64,000 bases of DNA, taken from NCBI RefSeq assembly GCF_001194135.2, contig NC_068981.1:136230752-136294751 (forward strand). Reading direction: 5' to 3'. Shown here piece after piece: positions 1-10,935 of this stretch. This stretch comes from Octopus bimaculoides (Eukaryota). The notes beneath the pieces are model-generated. The model saw only the letters and a program-made list of their open reading frames with translations, was not told the DNA's origin and did no database searches. The position numbers and the translations under genes are program-made. Positions within the stretch are counted from its first letter, which is position 1. Each line of letters starts with the position of its first letter.

Positions 1-64
<64 letters not shown>

Positions 65-112
65 TGAATTCCATACATATATATAATATATATATATATA
101 TATAAATATGTA
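1..112. repeat. (TA)n microsatellite
   Basis: Pure TA run 1-60 plus a second TA-rich run to ~112. Similar (TA)n, (CA)n and (GA)n tracts occur throughout (e.g. 1222-1301, 5036-5100, 9278-9346, 33189-33271). Confidence 0.95.
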
Positions 113-346
113 TAGGCCAGGAGTGGTAATGACTTAGCCATGAAGTTTATTAGAGTAGGCATCCCACTTAATATTCAAAAATAAACTTAAACTAATAAAT
201 CAAAGAGGGAAGAAGACAAGGTGTGGTTCTCCTTCATGAATGAGCAAGATGTTTGTTGAATTATGAATGACAAGTTCAATGAGGAATGAGCTGTTATAAT
301 ATACCATTCCATTATATTCTGTTAAAGACTAGAGTATCCAATTTAA

Positions 347-520
347 CCCTTTAGCATTCAGATTCTTTTGTCAAATGTATTGTTTATCTATTCACATTGT
401 TTTGAATTAATCATGCTGTCTCTTGTAGCTTTAAGATTTTAATGATGTGATTTGTTATATTTAGAATGACATTGTATGGTGGGTGTGGCAGGCCAGATCT
501 GACCAGTTTGAACATAAAAC
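347..520. mobile_element. piggyBac-like MITE, partial copy
   Basis: TTAA (343-346) followed by CCCTTTAGCATTCAG. Body matches the reverse complement of the complete copy at 60022-60237. Ends where SINE heads begin. Confidence 0.6.
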
Positions 521-529
521 ATGCAGACT

Positions 530-877
530 TGGCTGGGGTGTGTGGTAGAAGCTCGCTTTTCAACCACATGGTTTCGGGTTCAGTAAAACTGCGTGGCACT
601 TTGGGCAAGTGTCTTCTACTATAGCCTCTGGCCAACCAAAGCTTTGTGAGTGGATTTGATAGACAAAAACCAAAAGAAACTCGTCATATACATGTGTGTG
701 TGTGTGTAGGCACAGGAGTGGCTGTGTGGTAAGAAGATTGTTTCCCAACCACATGGTTCCAGGTTCAGTCCCACTGCTAGGCACCTTGGGCAAATGTCTT
801 CTACAATAGCCTTAAGCCAACCAAAGCATTGTGAATGGATTTGGTAGATGGAAACTGAAAGAAGCCCATTATATATA
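530..877 (+). mobile_element. Two tandem 5' halves of tRNA-derived SINE family A
   Basis: Two heads (~530 and ~708) with A-box-like TGGCTGTGTGG and B-box-like GGTTCAGTCCC, each followed by CC/CTTTGGGCAA..GTGGATTTG..AGA, ending in a TA/TG tract. Confidence 0.8.
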
Positions 878-1227
878 TGAGTTTTCCAAGCTATCATACA
901 TTCATAATCACCATTAGACTTATCCAACCCTTTCTAAATCCTCTGCACTGTCCTCAGATTGACACTCAAACATTCTGGAATGTTTGTATTGGACCTTCCG
1001 GCATGAAAGCCAAGCAGTACAGCATGTCATTTCCAAATTTCTGGCAGAGTGAATTGCTTCATAGTCCTTTTTTTCTCACAGACAATGCCCAACTGTCCCT
1101 ACCATACTGTGTAGTCAACAAAATCAAAAACAAACAACGCGCATGCACAAAATGAAAAATATAAAATGGTGACAATTTATCATCACACCCTATATATATA
1201 TATATACAAACGATGATGATGATGATG

Positions 1228-1304
<77 letters not shown>

Positions 1305-1884
1305 GACATACACACACAGAATTCATTCTGACACTACTAAAATTACTTTACTTTTGTGACAAAGATCAAGAGTAATTGGTTGGAATACAGCCCCTGGGTT
1401 ATTATCCATATTATTCACTTTTCATGTTTGCCAGATGATGAAAATCTTCCATATGGTGACATTCGTCTGAGTCTCAAGAGACAATACCCACCCAACCTCA
1501 CCAAAAATCATACAAAATTACACGATAATCATCCAATTGCATTATGTTTGCATTATGTATGGATGTCAGGAGTGGCAATAACCTAAGCATGAAAATTAAA
1601 TATTTCAACATCCATCCCAATATATATATCTACAAAATTAAGGTCTTACTCATAAATTTAAAGGGAAGGAGAACAAGGTGTGTCTCTCCCTCATGAACAA
1701 AAAAGACATTTATGGATGGGAAATGATTATACCTAATGCATAACAGTCACCAAATATTAAAACAAGAATGCTTGGTATAATGGAAAGCGAAAAGAGGAAT
1801 TGAGGTACTATGGTTCTATTCTAAGAAGCAGAGTATCTCAATTCTACTGCGGTAGTTTCTCAAGAACCACAGGAAGGATTAAGC

Positions 1885-2302
1885 TTACTCTTTTACTCTT
1901 TTACTTGTTTCACTCATTTGACTGCGACCATGCTGGAGCACCGCCTTTAATCGAGAAAATCAACCCTAGGACTTATTCTTTGTAAACCTAGTACTTATTC
2001 TATCAGTCTCTTTTTGCCGAACTGCTAAGTTACGGGGACGTAAACACACCAGCATCAGTTGTCAAGCGATGGTGGGGGGACAAACACAGACACACAAACA
2101 CACATTCATATATATATATATATATATATACATATATATGACGGGCTTCTTCCAGTTTCCGTCTAGCAAATCCACTAACAAGGCTTTGGTCGGCCCGAGG
2201 CTATAGTAGAAGACACTTGCCCAAGGGGCCATGCAGTGAGACTGAACCCGGAACCATGTAGTTGGTAAGCAAGCTACTTACCACACAGCCTCTCCTGCGC
2301 CT
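1885..2302 (-). mobile_element. SINE family A, full length
   Basis: Minus strand reads head GGCGCAGGAG(A)GGCTGTGTGG, then CCTTGGGCAAG, central (TA)n, tail GGCGGTGCTCCAGCATGG..TGA.TGAAAC and (AAGAGTA)n. Collinear with 4273-4700. Confidence 0.9.
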
Positions 2303-2402
2303 TTATCTGTTTGAAAGTGTTGCTACTGTTTATAGTAATCAGTTGTTGAGAATGTAATAGGAATAGAAACTTAGAAATGAACCATTAGAGGAGCCTCTAC
2401 AT

Positions 2403-3211
2403 CAGGGGTTCTCAACCATTTTTTACCTAAGGACCCCTTTGAATAGTATCTTGTTCTGGTGGATCCCCATAGCTATTTGATGTTTAACTAGTAGTTTTAT
2501 AGAAACTTCTTTAAAAGTTCCCATTTTGTTTTTCATGAACTATGTAAAATGTTAGAGAAAAAACCTAGCTGTTTCTTGCAATACATACCAATACATACAT
2601 CATCATCATCATCATCATCATCGTCATTTAACGTCCGCTTTCCATGCTAGCATGGGTTGGACGATTTGACTGAGGACTGGTGAAACCAGATGGCTACACC
2701 AGGCTCTAATCTGATTTGGCAGAGTTTCTACAGCTGGATGCCCTTCCTAACACCAACCACTCCGAGAGTGTAGTGGGTGCTTTTATGTGCTACCGGCACG
2801 AAGGCCAGTCAGGTGGTACTGGCATCGGCCACGCTTGAAATGGTGTATTTTACGTGCCACCCGCACAAGAGCCAGTCCAGGGGCACTGGCAATGATCTCG
2901 CTCGAAAGTCCTTACACATGCCGCAGGCACAAGTATCAGTAAGGTGACGCTGGGCACAGGTGCCATCACGATTTTTCTTTTGCTTGCCCCAACAGGTCTT
3001 TGCAAGCTGAGTTTCGTGTCCAATGAAGGAGAGGACGTTGGCATGGGTGCCAGTCGTCGAATTTAATTTGATTTCGATTTCTAATGCAAACATTTTTCAG
3101 GGGCCTTTAAAATACTATTGTGGATCCCCAATTTACTATTTTGTTGCATGGACCCTCAAAAATTTCATATGGACCCTGAGGGGCCATATGGACCCCAGTT
3201 GAGAAACACTG
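2403..3211. mobile_element. hAT (Charlie-type) MITE copy 1, interrupted by a retroelement
   Basis: TIRs CAGGGGTTCTCAAC / GTTGAGAAACACTG. 8-bp TSD CTCTACAT / CTCTACAC. Body collinear with 15353-15693. Confidence 0.85.
2598..3080 (-). mobile_element. (GAT)n-tailed retroelement family C (RTE-like 3' end or SINE)
   Basis: Minus-strand 3' end AGGAAGGGCATCCAGCTGTAGAAAC..GCATGGAAAGCGGACGTTAAATGACGATGATGAT. Repeats at 3590-4020, 8745-9027, 12256-12700, 13040-13340, 19140-19290, 33840-33918 and 39357-39530. RTE affinity is inferred from tail type only. Confidence 0.8.
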
Positions 3212-3589
3212 CTCTACACTATCTCATGACCTGCTAGACAAAGCACCAAAATCTCCCTTATATCATACCCTATAATCTTAAAGCATATAGGATGTATTCA
3301 CACTTGTCATATCCCATCACACCCAATGATTTTAAAACATATGGGACACATCCAGTCACAACAACAGCAAAAATAAAAAAAAATTATCTCTAACAAAGGC
3401 ATGGCCTTAAAATTTGAGCGAAGGGCAAAGTTGATTATATAGATCTGAGTATTTAAGTGGCCTTTATTTTACCAATACAAAAGGAAGAAATGTAAAGTCA
3501 ACCATGGCAGGATTTGAATTCATAATGCAAAAAGGTCATAAATAAATGCTGTAATGTATGTTGTAGGATGTTCTATTCATCATCATTGT

Positions 3590-4020
3590 CGTTGCTGTCA
3601 TTTAATATCCATTTTCCATGCTGGCACGGGCTGGATGGTTTGAATGAGGTCTGGAGAGCCAGTGGTTGGACCAGGCTCCAATCTGATCTGACAATGTTTC
3701 TACAGCTGGACGCCCTTCTTAACACCAACCACTCTGAGAGTGTAGTGGGTACTTTTTATGTGCCACCAGCAGAGGAGCCAGTCAGGCGAACCTGGCATCA
3801 ACCATGTTCAGATGGTGCTTCTTATGTTCCATCGGCACGGGAACCATTTAGTGGGTACTGGCATTGACCACATTTGGATGGTGCTTTTTACATGCCAAAG
3901 GCATGGGAGCCAGTCAGGTGGCCCTGGCATTGATCCCGTTCGGATAGTGCTTTTTACGTGCCACTGACACAGGAGCCAGTCAGGGGGCACTGGCCACAGC
4001 TACAATTTTGGTTTTACTTG
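3590..4020 (-). mobile_element. Family C copy with four internal ~66-bp tandem units
   Basis: Same 3' end as 2598-3080. Degenerate units starting TTTTAYRTGCC at ~3754, 3819, 3886 and 3952. Confidence 0.8.
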
Positions 4021-4074
4021 ACTCAACAGGTCTTTGGTTTCAAATATTGGCACAAGGCCACCAAGTTCAGGGAA

Positions 4075-4250
4075 AGGGCTAGATCGATTACATTGACCTC
4101 AGTGTTCAACTGAGACTTTTTTCTATTGACCCTGAAAGGATGAAAGGCAAAGTTGACCCTGGCAGCATTTGAATTCAGAATTTAAAGTCACAAGAAATGC
4201 CACTAAATATTTTACCCAGCACAGAAACGGTTCTGAAAGCTTGCTGCCTT
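4075..4250 (-). mobile_element. tRNA-like SINE family D
   Basis: Head of type GGCAGC(A/G)AGCT..AGAA..GAATTCAAAT, then GTCAACTTTGCCTTTCATCCTTTC. Other copies at ~3420-3560, 23210-23370, 24085-24240, 37000-37150, 39270-39340, 42090-42250, 58855-59000 and 59740-59885. Confidence 0.7.
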
Positions 4251-4272
4251 ACTAATTCAAAATATTGACAAC

Positions 4273-4700
4273 AGGCGCAGGAGTGGCTGTGTGGTAAGTA
4301 GCTTGCTTACCAACCACATGGTTCCGGGTTCATTCCCACTGCATGGCACCTTGGGCAAGTGTCTTCTACTACGGCCTTGGGCCGATCAAAGCCTTGTGAA
4401 TGGATTTGGTAAACAGAAACTGAAAGAAGCCCGTCGTATATATGTATATATATATATATATATATATGTATATGTATATGTGTGTATATCTTTGTGTGTC
4501 TGTGTTTGTCCCCACAACATTGCTTGACAACCGATGCTGGTGTGTTTATGTCCCCGTAACTTAGTGGTTTGGCAAAAGAGACCCATAGAATAAGTATTAG
4601 GCATCCAAAGAATAAGTCCTGGGGTCGATTTTTTCGACTAAAGGCGGTGCTCCAGCATGGCCGCAGTCAAATGACTGAAACAAGTAAAAGAGTAAAGAGT
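4273..4700 (+). mobile_element. SINE family A, full length (reference copy)
   Basis: AGGCGCAGGAGTGGCTGTGTGGTAAG..GGTTCCGGGTTCATTCCC head, central (TA)n, tail GGCGGTGCTCCAGCATGGCCGCAGTCAAATGACTGAAACAAGTAAAAGAGTAAAGAG. Confidence 0.92.
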
Positions 4701-4819
4701 AACAATATAAATACCAACAATAAGTAAAATAAATATTTGGCAGAGTGGTCAGAGTGTAGGACAAAATATCTTAAAGTGTTCTTTAATGGTGTCAGTGCAG
4801 CAAGTTCAAATCTCTCTGT

Positions 4820-5031
4820 TTTATTCGTTTCAGTCATTTGACTGTGGCTATGTTGGAGCACTGGCTTTAGTTGAGCAAATCAACTCCAGGACTTATTCTT
4901 TGTAAGCCTAGTACTTATTCAATTGGTCTTTTATGCCGAAACACTAAGTTACGAGGAGGTAAACACACCAGCATTGGTTGTCAAGTGATGGTGAGGGGAC
5001 AAACACAGACACAAACATATACACGCACATG

Positions 5032-5101
<70 letters not shown>

Positions 5102-5264
5102 GACGGGCTTCTTTCAGTTTCCGTCTACCAAATTCACTCACAAGGCTTGGGTCAGCCCAAGGCTATACCAGAAGACACTTGCTCAAGGTGCCACGCAGTG
5201 GGACTGAACCTGGAACCATGTAGTTGCTAAGCAAGCTACTTACCACACAGCCACTCCTGTGCCT
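4820..5264 (-). mobile_element. SINE family A, full length
   Basis: Reverse complement collinear with 4273-4700, with a long central (TA)n. Confidence 0.9.
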
Positions 5265-5284
5265 ATGGTTAAATTTACCCATCA

Positions 5285-5715
5285 CCATCATCATCATTTT
5301 TAACGTCCTCTTATCCATGCTTCCAGTAGGTCAGACAGAGGTTATTAAGCAGATTTTCTAAAGTCAGGTACCCTTCCTATCACCAACCCTGACCTGATTT
5401 CTAAGTACAATAATATTTCCCCTTGTTTAGATATGTTTTCATGGAATATTGGAAATGAAGGGCATTCATTTACAACAACCACATAATGTCAAGACAAGGA
5501 GACACAAACATACACATACACACACACAGACACATGCACACACACACACACATGTATGTATAAGACTGCTATTTCAGCATCTGTCAACCAAATTCACTCA
5601 CCAGGCTTTGGTCAGCTCAAGGCTGTAGTAGAAGATTCTTGTCCAAGGTGTTGTGCAGTGGGACTGAACCCAAAACCATATGGTTTGGAAGCAAACTTCT
5701 TAACCGCACTCACAC
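5285..5715 (-). mobile_element. SINE family B (family A head plus family C-type tail)
   Basis: Minus strand has an A-type head and CCTTGG.CAAG module, then a different body ending GCATGGATAAGAGGACGTTAAAAATGATGATG. Related copies at 31425-31690 (+), 33010-33405 (-), 52495-52850 (+) and 63785-64000 (-). Confidence 0.7.
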
Positions 5716-5782
5716 TTCTTCACTAGGGTTCATCTTGCTCCAGCTGGAAGAGCCCCTCCCAATACACAGCCCGGTACCATCT

Positions 5783-5858
5783 ATTTGGTCTTGGGTCCAG
5801 TTCTACTGCATCTTCTACAGATTTGGTCTTGGGTCCAGTTCTACTGCATCTTCTATAG
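5783..5858. repeat. 38-bp tandem duplication
   Basis: ATTTGGTCTTGGGTCCAGTTCTACTGCATCTTCTA(C/T)AG twice, 37/38 identical. Confidence 0.95.
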
Positions 5859-6127
5859 AATTGTTAGTATCATTGAAGGGATGAAAGGGATGAAAGGCAA
5901 AGTCGACCTCAGGAGACAACATGAAGAGAGGAGGAGACATCGTCATCAACCCCTGCAGCTGTTGTATGGTGTCACTTTCAGTGCCCTCAGTGCCACAATA
6001 CTTGCCTATCTTGCATTGGTGTTGTCAGCCATGTCTGTTCCCATGAGAAACAATGTTCTGGGGGTGGAGGAGGATGAATGTCATAGATCAATGTTGTCAT
6101 CACCTTCAAGGGACCATGGTATTGTTG

Positions 6128-6504
6128 GCACTCCATTGCTTACAACGTCGAGGGTTCCAGTTGATCTGATCAACAGAACAGCCTGCTCGTGAAATTAACG
6201 TGCAAGTGGCTGAGCACTCCACAGATACGAGTATGCTTAACGTAGTTCTCGGGGAGATTCAGCGTGACACAGTGTGACAAGGCTGACCCTTTGAATTGCA
6301 GGCACAACAGAAACAGGAAGTAAGAGTGAGAGGAAGTTGTGATGGAAGAGTACAGCAGGGTTCGCCATCATCCCCTGCTGGAGCCTTATGGAGCTTTAGG
6401 TGTTTTCGCTCAATAAATACTCACAACGCCTGGTCTGGGAATCGAAACCGCGATCCTATGACCGCGAGTCCGCTGCCCTAACCACTGGGCCATTGCGCCT
6501 CCAC
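6128..6504 (-). mobile_element. tRNA-derived SINE family E
   Basis: Minus-strand head GGAGGCGCAATGGCCCAGTGGTTAGGGCAGCGGACTCGCGG..GGTTTCGATTCCC with clear A and B boxes. The 3' part recurs at 35215-35375. Confidence 0.85.
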
Positions 6505-7196
6505 AAGCCATGGTAAATAAGCAAGCAAAGCACGAATATCAATAAAAGATTTTTGTCCTGCATGTTATATCGGAAAAATATTTATGATAATAGTTGTTTT
6601 ATTGAACCCACAAAATACTTTTGCTTTTTATGAAACTGAACAACAGAAAATAAATGTGCAATTAACAGACGCTAATATTTTATGGAGTTTATTATGTTAA
6701 TGGTAGAAAACAAGTCTCTCTTGAAAAGAATATTTTTTTCATGTTTATTTACTTTGTATTATGAATTTTTATTCAAAAATTTCATAATAAAATAAATTTA
6801 ATTCAAAACAATTGATATTTAAAATTTTATTATTTGATAAATTTTACAAATTTTATTTTTTATTAAAGGTTTTTAATTTTTTCAAAGGTGACCTGTTGCT
6901 GTTAAAACATTTATAACAGGATTGAAGTATTTTATTTTATTTACTAATAATGTCAAGAGGGCCATAGTAAAATTAAAGATTCCAGAGTGGTGTGGGGGAT
7001 GAGCTAAAAACATGATTAAGAACCATTAAGCATTTGTTCATATCGTATTGGAAGGATTTTGTTTCTACAGACGATATATTTACATGCCTCAGTTCACCTC
7101 AAAAAAGAGTAATTACCAAGAGTAATTTGGAAATGACATTCTGTGTAGCTTATTCATCTTTTATTTTTTTTATTTTTTGACTTGTAAGGTTTAGCG

Positions 7197-8384
7197 CAAT
7201 GCTTCACAGTAATTTTTTTGTCTATGGACCCCTTTGATTACTATTTCATTTAGTAGACCTACTTAGCCATTTCATGCTTAAAAACTAGTTTTATAGATAT
7301 GTCTTTCAAAATTCCTATTTTGTTATTCACACATTAATTTGTGTAGGTTGAACTATGTAAGATGTTAGAGAAAGAAACCTAGCTGTTTCAAGTGATAAAT
7401 TCATCTAAAGCAAAATTTTTTCATGGATCTTTAAAATACTACCGTAGATCTCCAATTTACTATATTGCTTGCTTGGACTCCCTTTGATTACTATTTCATT
7501 TGGTGGGGCCTTATTCAATGCATTAACTTGTCTGTGTTCAACTATGTAAGACATTAGAGAAAGAAACCTAGCTGTTTCAAGCGATAATTCTATCTAAAAC
7601 AAAATTTTTTCATTGCTCCTTAAAATACTACCATAGATTTCCAATTTACTATATTGTTTGCTTGGACCCCCTTTGATTACGATTTCATTTGGTGAACCCC
7701 CATAGTGATTTGATGTTTAAAAACTAGTTTTATAGATACTTCTTTCAAAATTCCTATTTTGTTATTCACATGTTAACTTGTGTAGGTTCAACTAGGTAAG
7801 ACATCAGCAAAAGAAACCTGTCTGTTTGCTGCAATCTTTTATCTCTTACTTACTTATTTCAGTCATTTGACTGTAGGCATGCTGGGACACCACCTTGAAG
7901 AATTTTTAGTAGAATGTATTGACTTCAGTACTTGTTGTTTTAAAGCTTAGTACTTAATCTATCAGTCTCTTTTACTGAACTGCTAGGTTACAGGGTTGTA
8001 AACATACCAACACTGGTTGTCAAGTGATGGTCGTAAGGAGACAACAAACACATAGACAAAGACACACACACACACACATACACATACATATATACATATA
8101 TAGGATGGGCTTCTTTCAGTTTCTGTCTACCAAATCTATTTACAAAGCTTTAGTTAGCCTGAGACTATAGAAGACACTTGCCCAAAGTGCCATGCAGTGG
8201 GACTGAATCCTGAACCATGTGGTTGGGAAGCAAGCTTCTTACCACACAGACACACCTGTGCCTTAAATCAAAACTTTGCATGGACATTTAAAATACTACT
8301 GTTTACTACGTTTCAAGTGTGGACCCCCCCCCAAATTTTATATGGACCTCCAGGGGTCATATAAATCCCATCTGAGAACCACTG
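7197..8384. mobile_element. hAT MITE copy 2 with internal tandem amplification and a SINE insertion
   Basis: Right TIR CTGAGAACCACTG, degenerate left TIR CAATGCTTCACAG. TSD GTTTAGCG / GTTTAGAG. Internal unit GGAC(C/T)CCCTTTGATTAC restarts at ~7226, 7476 and 7664. Confidence 0.8.
7836..8263 (-). mobile_element. SINE family A nested in hAT MITE
   Basis: Diverged but full-length copy. MITE sequence resumes after it. Confidence 0.85.
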
Positions 8385-8744
8385 GTTTAGAGGGAAGAGG
8401 TTATACGCATGACCTCGATTAATTACCTATGACCTTAATTATACCTATGACCTTGGCAATATTTCCAAGGCTGGTGAGATTGATGCTGCTAATGTTCCTC
8501 TTGAACCTTCAAAAGTCAACAGCTATAGGAAACACATAAAAATAGCAGGAATTCTAGGGAACTAACATTCTAAAAAGGAAGAACTGAGCAAAGTGATTAG
8601 GGAAGGGCCTTGGGGTGGAGTTGGACACAGCAAGGATGATGGGAAGAAGAGACACAATAGGGACATGTGTATCTGGGTAGAGAGGTATGAGTTCAGCCAA
8701 AATTTGTTGAGGCAAATTTTCTGTGGCCAGATGATCTTCCTTTA

Positions 8745-9025
8745 CCAACTCTTACCTGTTCACACTGTAAAGTGGCTGACATTTGGAAGGGCATCCCTCT
8801 GTGAAAACCATGCCAAAACTGACCTCACCTGTGCTGGTGCCACATAAAAAGCACTCAGCCCACTCTGCAGAGTGGTTGGTGCTAGGAAAGGCATCTAGCC
8901 ATAAAAAAAAACATGCTAAAATAGACACAGAAGTATGGTGCAGCCTTCTGCTTAGTCAGCTCTTGTCAAACCATCCAACACATGCCAGTATGATGGAAGG
9001 AGGTCATTAAATGATGATGATGATG

Positions 9026-9027
<2 letters not shown>
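8745..9027 (+). mobile_element. Family C copy
   Basis: GGAAGGGCATCC / GGAAAGGCATCTAGCC motifs and tail CATTAAATGATGATGATGATGAT. Confidence 0.7.
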
Positions 9028-9057
<30 letters not shown>

Positions 9058-9123
9058 AACTTATTGATAGAAAGGACAACAAAAGAAAGAGACTTCGGTA
9101 TTATGTAAATAGAGGAATTTATC

Positions 9124-9258
9124 TGTAAAAATATGTGACACTTATTTGATAGCCATGATGGCCGGATAACTGAAGAGATGTTGGCATGGGTTCCCACCCT
9201 GGCATCCAAAACTCAGAGTTTTATCATGGCTACCGAATAAGTGTCACATATTTTTACA
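9124..9258 (+). ncRNA. Fold-back element containing a degenerate type I hammerhead ribozyme motif
   Basis: 36-bp inverted arms 9124-9159 / 9223-9258 (34/36 match). Between them: stem I GATAA/TTATC, core CTGAAGA (9170-9176), stem II GATG..CATC, CAAAA in place of GAAA, stem III ACTC-A-GAGT, site GTT. Confidence 0.5.
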
Positions 9259-9272
9259 TAGATATATGTATG

Positions 9273-9348
<76 letters not shown>

Positions 9349-10124
9349 CAAGAATAAAACCTTTATGAGATTTTATCAAGTAGCCAGCATGTAATAAAAC
9401 CATATAGGTAACAATTAATACTAAATATATAATTATATAAATACTAGCTGGCCCTGTACTGTCAAAAATGACAGCTAATTGTAGTATTTTACATATAAAA
9501 AAGGTACGAAACTAAGTTTTTAGTTTAATAATTCTTTTATTCCCAAATTTATAATATGCCTTTCAACTGCAGTCGTTTTTATATTCTTGATACACTCAAG
9601 CAATAATTATTTTCTCTAATGAGTTTGTATAGGTATATGTTTGTGTAGATGTGTGTGATTGTAATAATTATTAATAACAAAACAGATAGAATATGGAGGG
9701 TAAATCAAATTAATACACTTGTAAATGTTATCTAGTGGTTGTCTTTTGAGATGTGACATGAACCATCGTTTGTTACTGAAAGAACACTGGTTCACACATA
9801 CATTCACATACTTCCCTTGTACATGCACACACATACATACATATACTCACACAGCTTTGAAATGCTGTTTGACTTTTCTTTTCAGCATTGAATGTTCACC
9901 ATCCCCCTTCCACTGCACACCTACACACACACACAAACATTCACATACCTCCCTTTTACATACACACACGTATACTCACACAGAGTTGAAACGCTGTTTG
10001 ATTTTTTTTTCACCGTAGAATTTCCATCATCCCACTACCAGTTTGTCATCACCCCTTCCTTTCTCATTCATATGATGTGATGGAAAAAAAAACACAAGAA
10101 TATTATTATAGTAGACAATTATAG

Positions 10125-10280
10125 TAAGGGCACAAATGAGTAGTGCTACATGCTAGAAAGAGATGCCAAATGACTCCAAGGATGACAATATTTACCCAAT
10201 TGGCAATGTGGTAAATAATGTAGTTCATAGAGCCTTTGGCATCTATTTCTAGCATGTGGCACTACCCATTGGTGCCCTTA
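10125..10280. mobile_element. MITE-like fold-back element, 46-bp inverted arms
   Basis: 10125-10170 vs reverse complement of 10235-10280 match 42/46. Terminal TA on both sides suggests a Tc1/mariner-type TSD. Confidence 0.65.
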
Positions 10281-10508
10281 TAATAATTATGTTTATATAA
10301 TTATATATTTTGTATATTATATATATATATATGTATATATGTGTGTATCTTTGTTGCACATGCACACATACACCACCACCACCACCACCGCTACTGTTTC
10401 ACAGCTGGTGTTGGGTTGTTTACTTTCTCTAACCTAGCAATTTGGCAAAAGAGACTGATAGAATAAGTATCAATTTTTGTCTTTTATAAATGAGTCCTGG
10501 GGATAGTT

Positions 10509-10666
10509 AGCAGGAATGGTTGTGTGCTAAGTAACTTACTTGCCAATCACATGATTCCGGGTTCAGTCCTACTGTGTGACACTTTCGACAAGTGTCTTCT
10601 ACTGTAGCCTTGGGCTGACCAAAGCCTTGTGAGTGGATTTGATAGACGGGAACTGAAAGAAGCCCG

Positions 10667-10703
<37 letters not shown>

Positions 10704-10935
10704 TGTACGTGCATGTGTATATGTTTGTGTCTGTGTTTGTCTCCCCTACATCGCTTGACAACCGATCCTGGTGTGTTTACGTCCCCATAACTTAGCAGTT
10801 TGGTAAAAGGAACCGATAGAATAAGTACTAGGCTGACAAAGAATAAGTCTTGGGGTCGATTTGCTCGAGTAAAGGCGGTGCCCCAACATGGCTACAGTCA
10901 AATGACTGAAACAAGTAAAAGAAGAAAAGAATAAA
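10509..10935 (+). mobile_element. SINE family A inserted in an older family A tail
   Basis: Full copy flanked by an older tail split into 10390-10505 (..GAGTCCTGGGG) and 10940-11000 (GTGCTCCAGCATGGCC..). Confidence 0.85.

Noticed and set aside
3754-4005. CRISPR-like repeat array
   Set aside because: Contiguous degenerate units with no unique spacers, inside a eukaryotic retroelement, and no cas genes.
4871-5230. Recurrent ORFs containing DGLLSVSVYQIHSQG (also near 619, 10507, 11411 and 14850)
   Set aside because: They are antisense readings of SINE family A, not a gene family.
5881-6127. 135-aa ORF 5785-6192 as a gene
   Set aside because: It spans a tandem duplication, a SINE fragment and unrelated sequence, with no recognisable domain.
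6425-6504. tRNA gene
   Set aside because: A and B boxes are present, but there is no acceptor stem or terminator and it runs into a SINE body.
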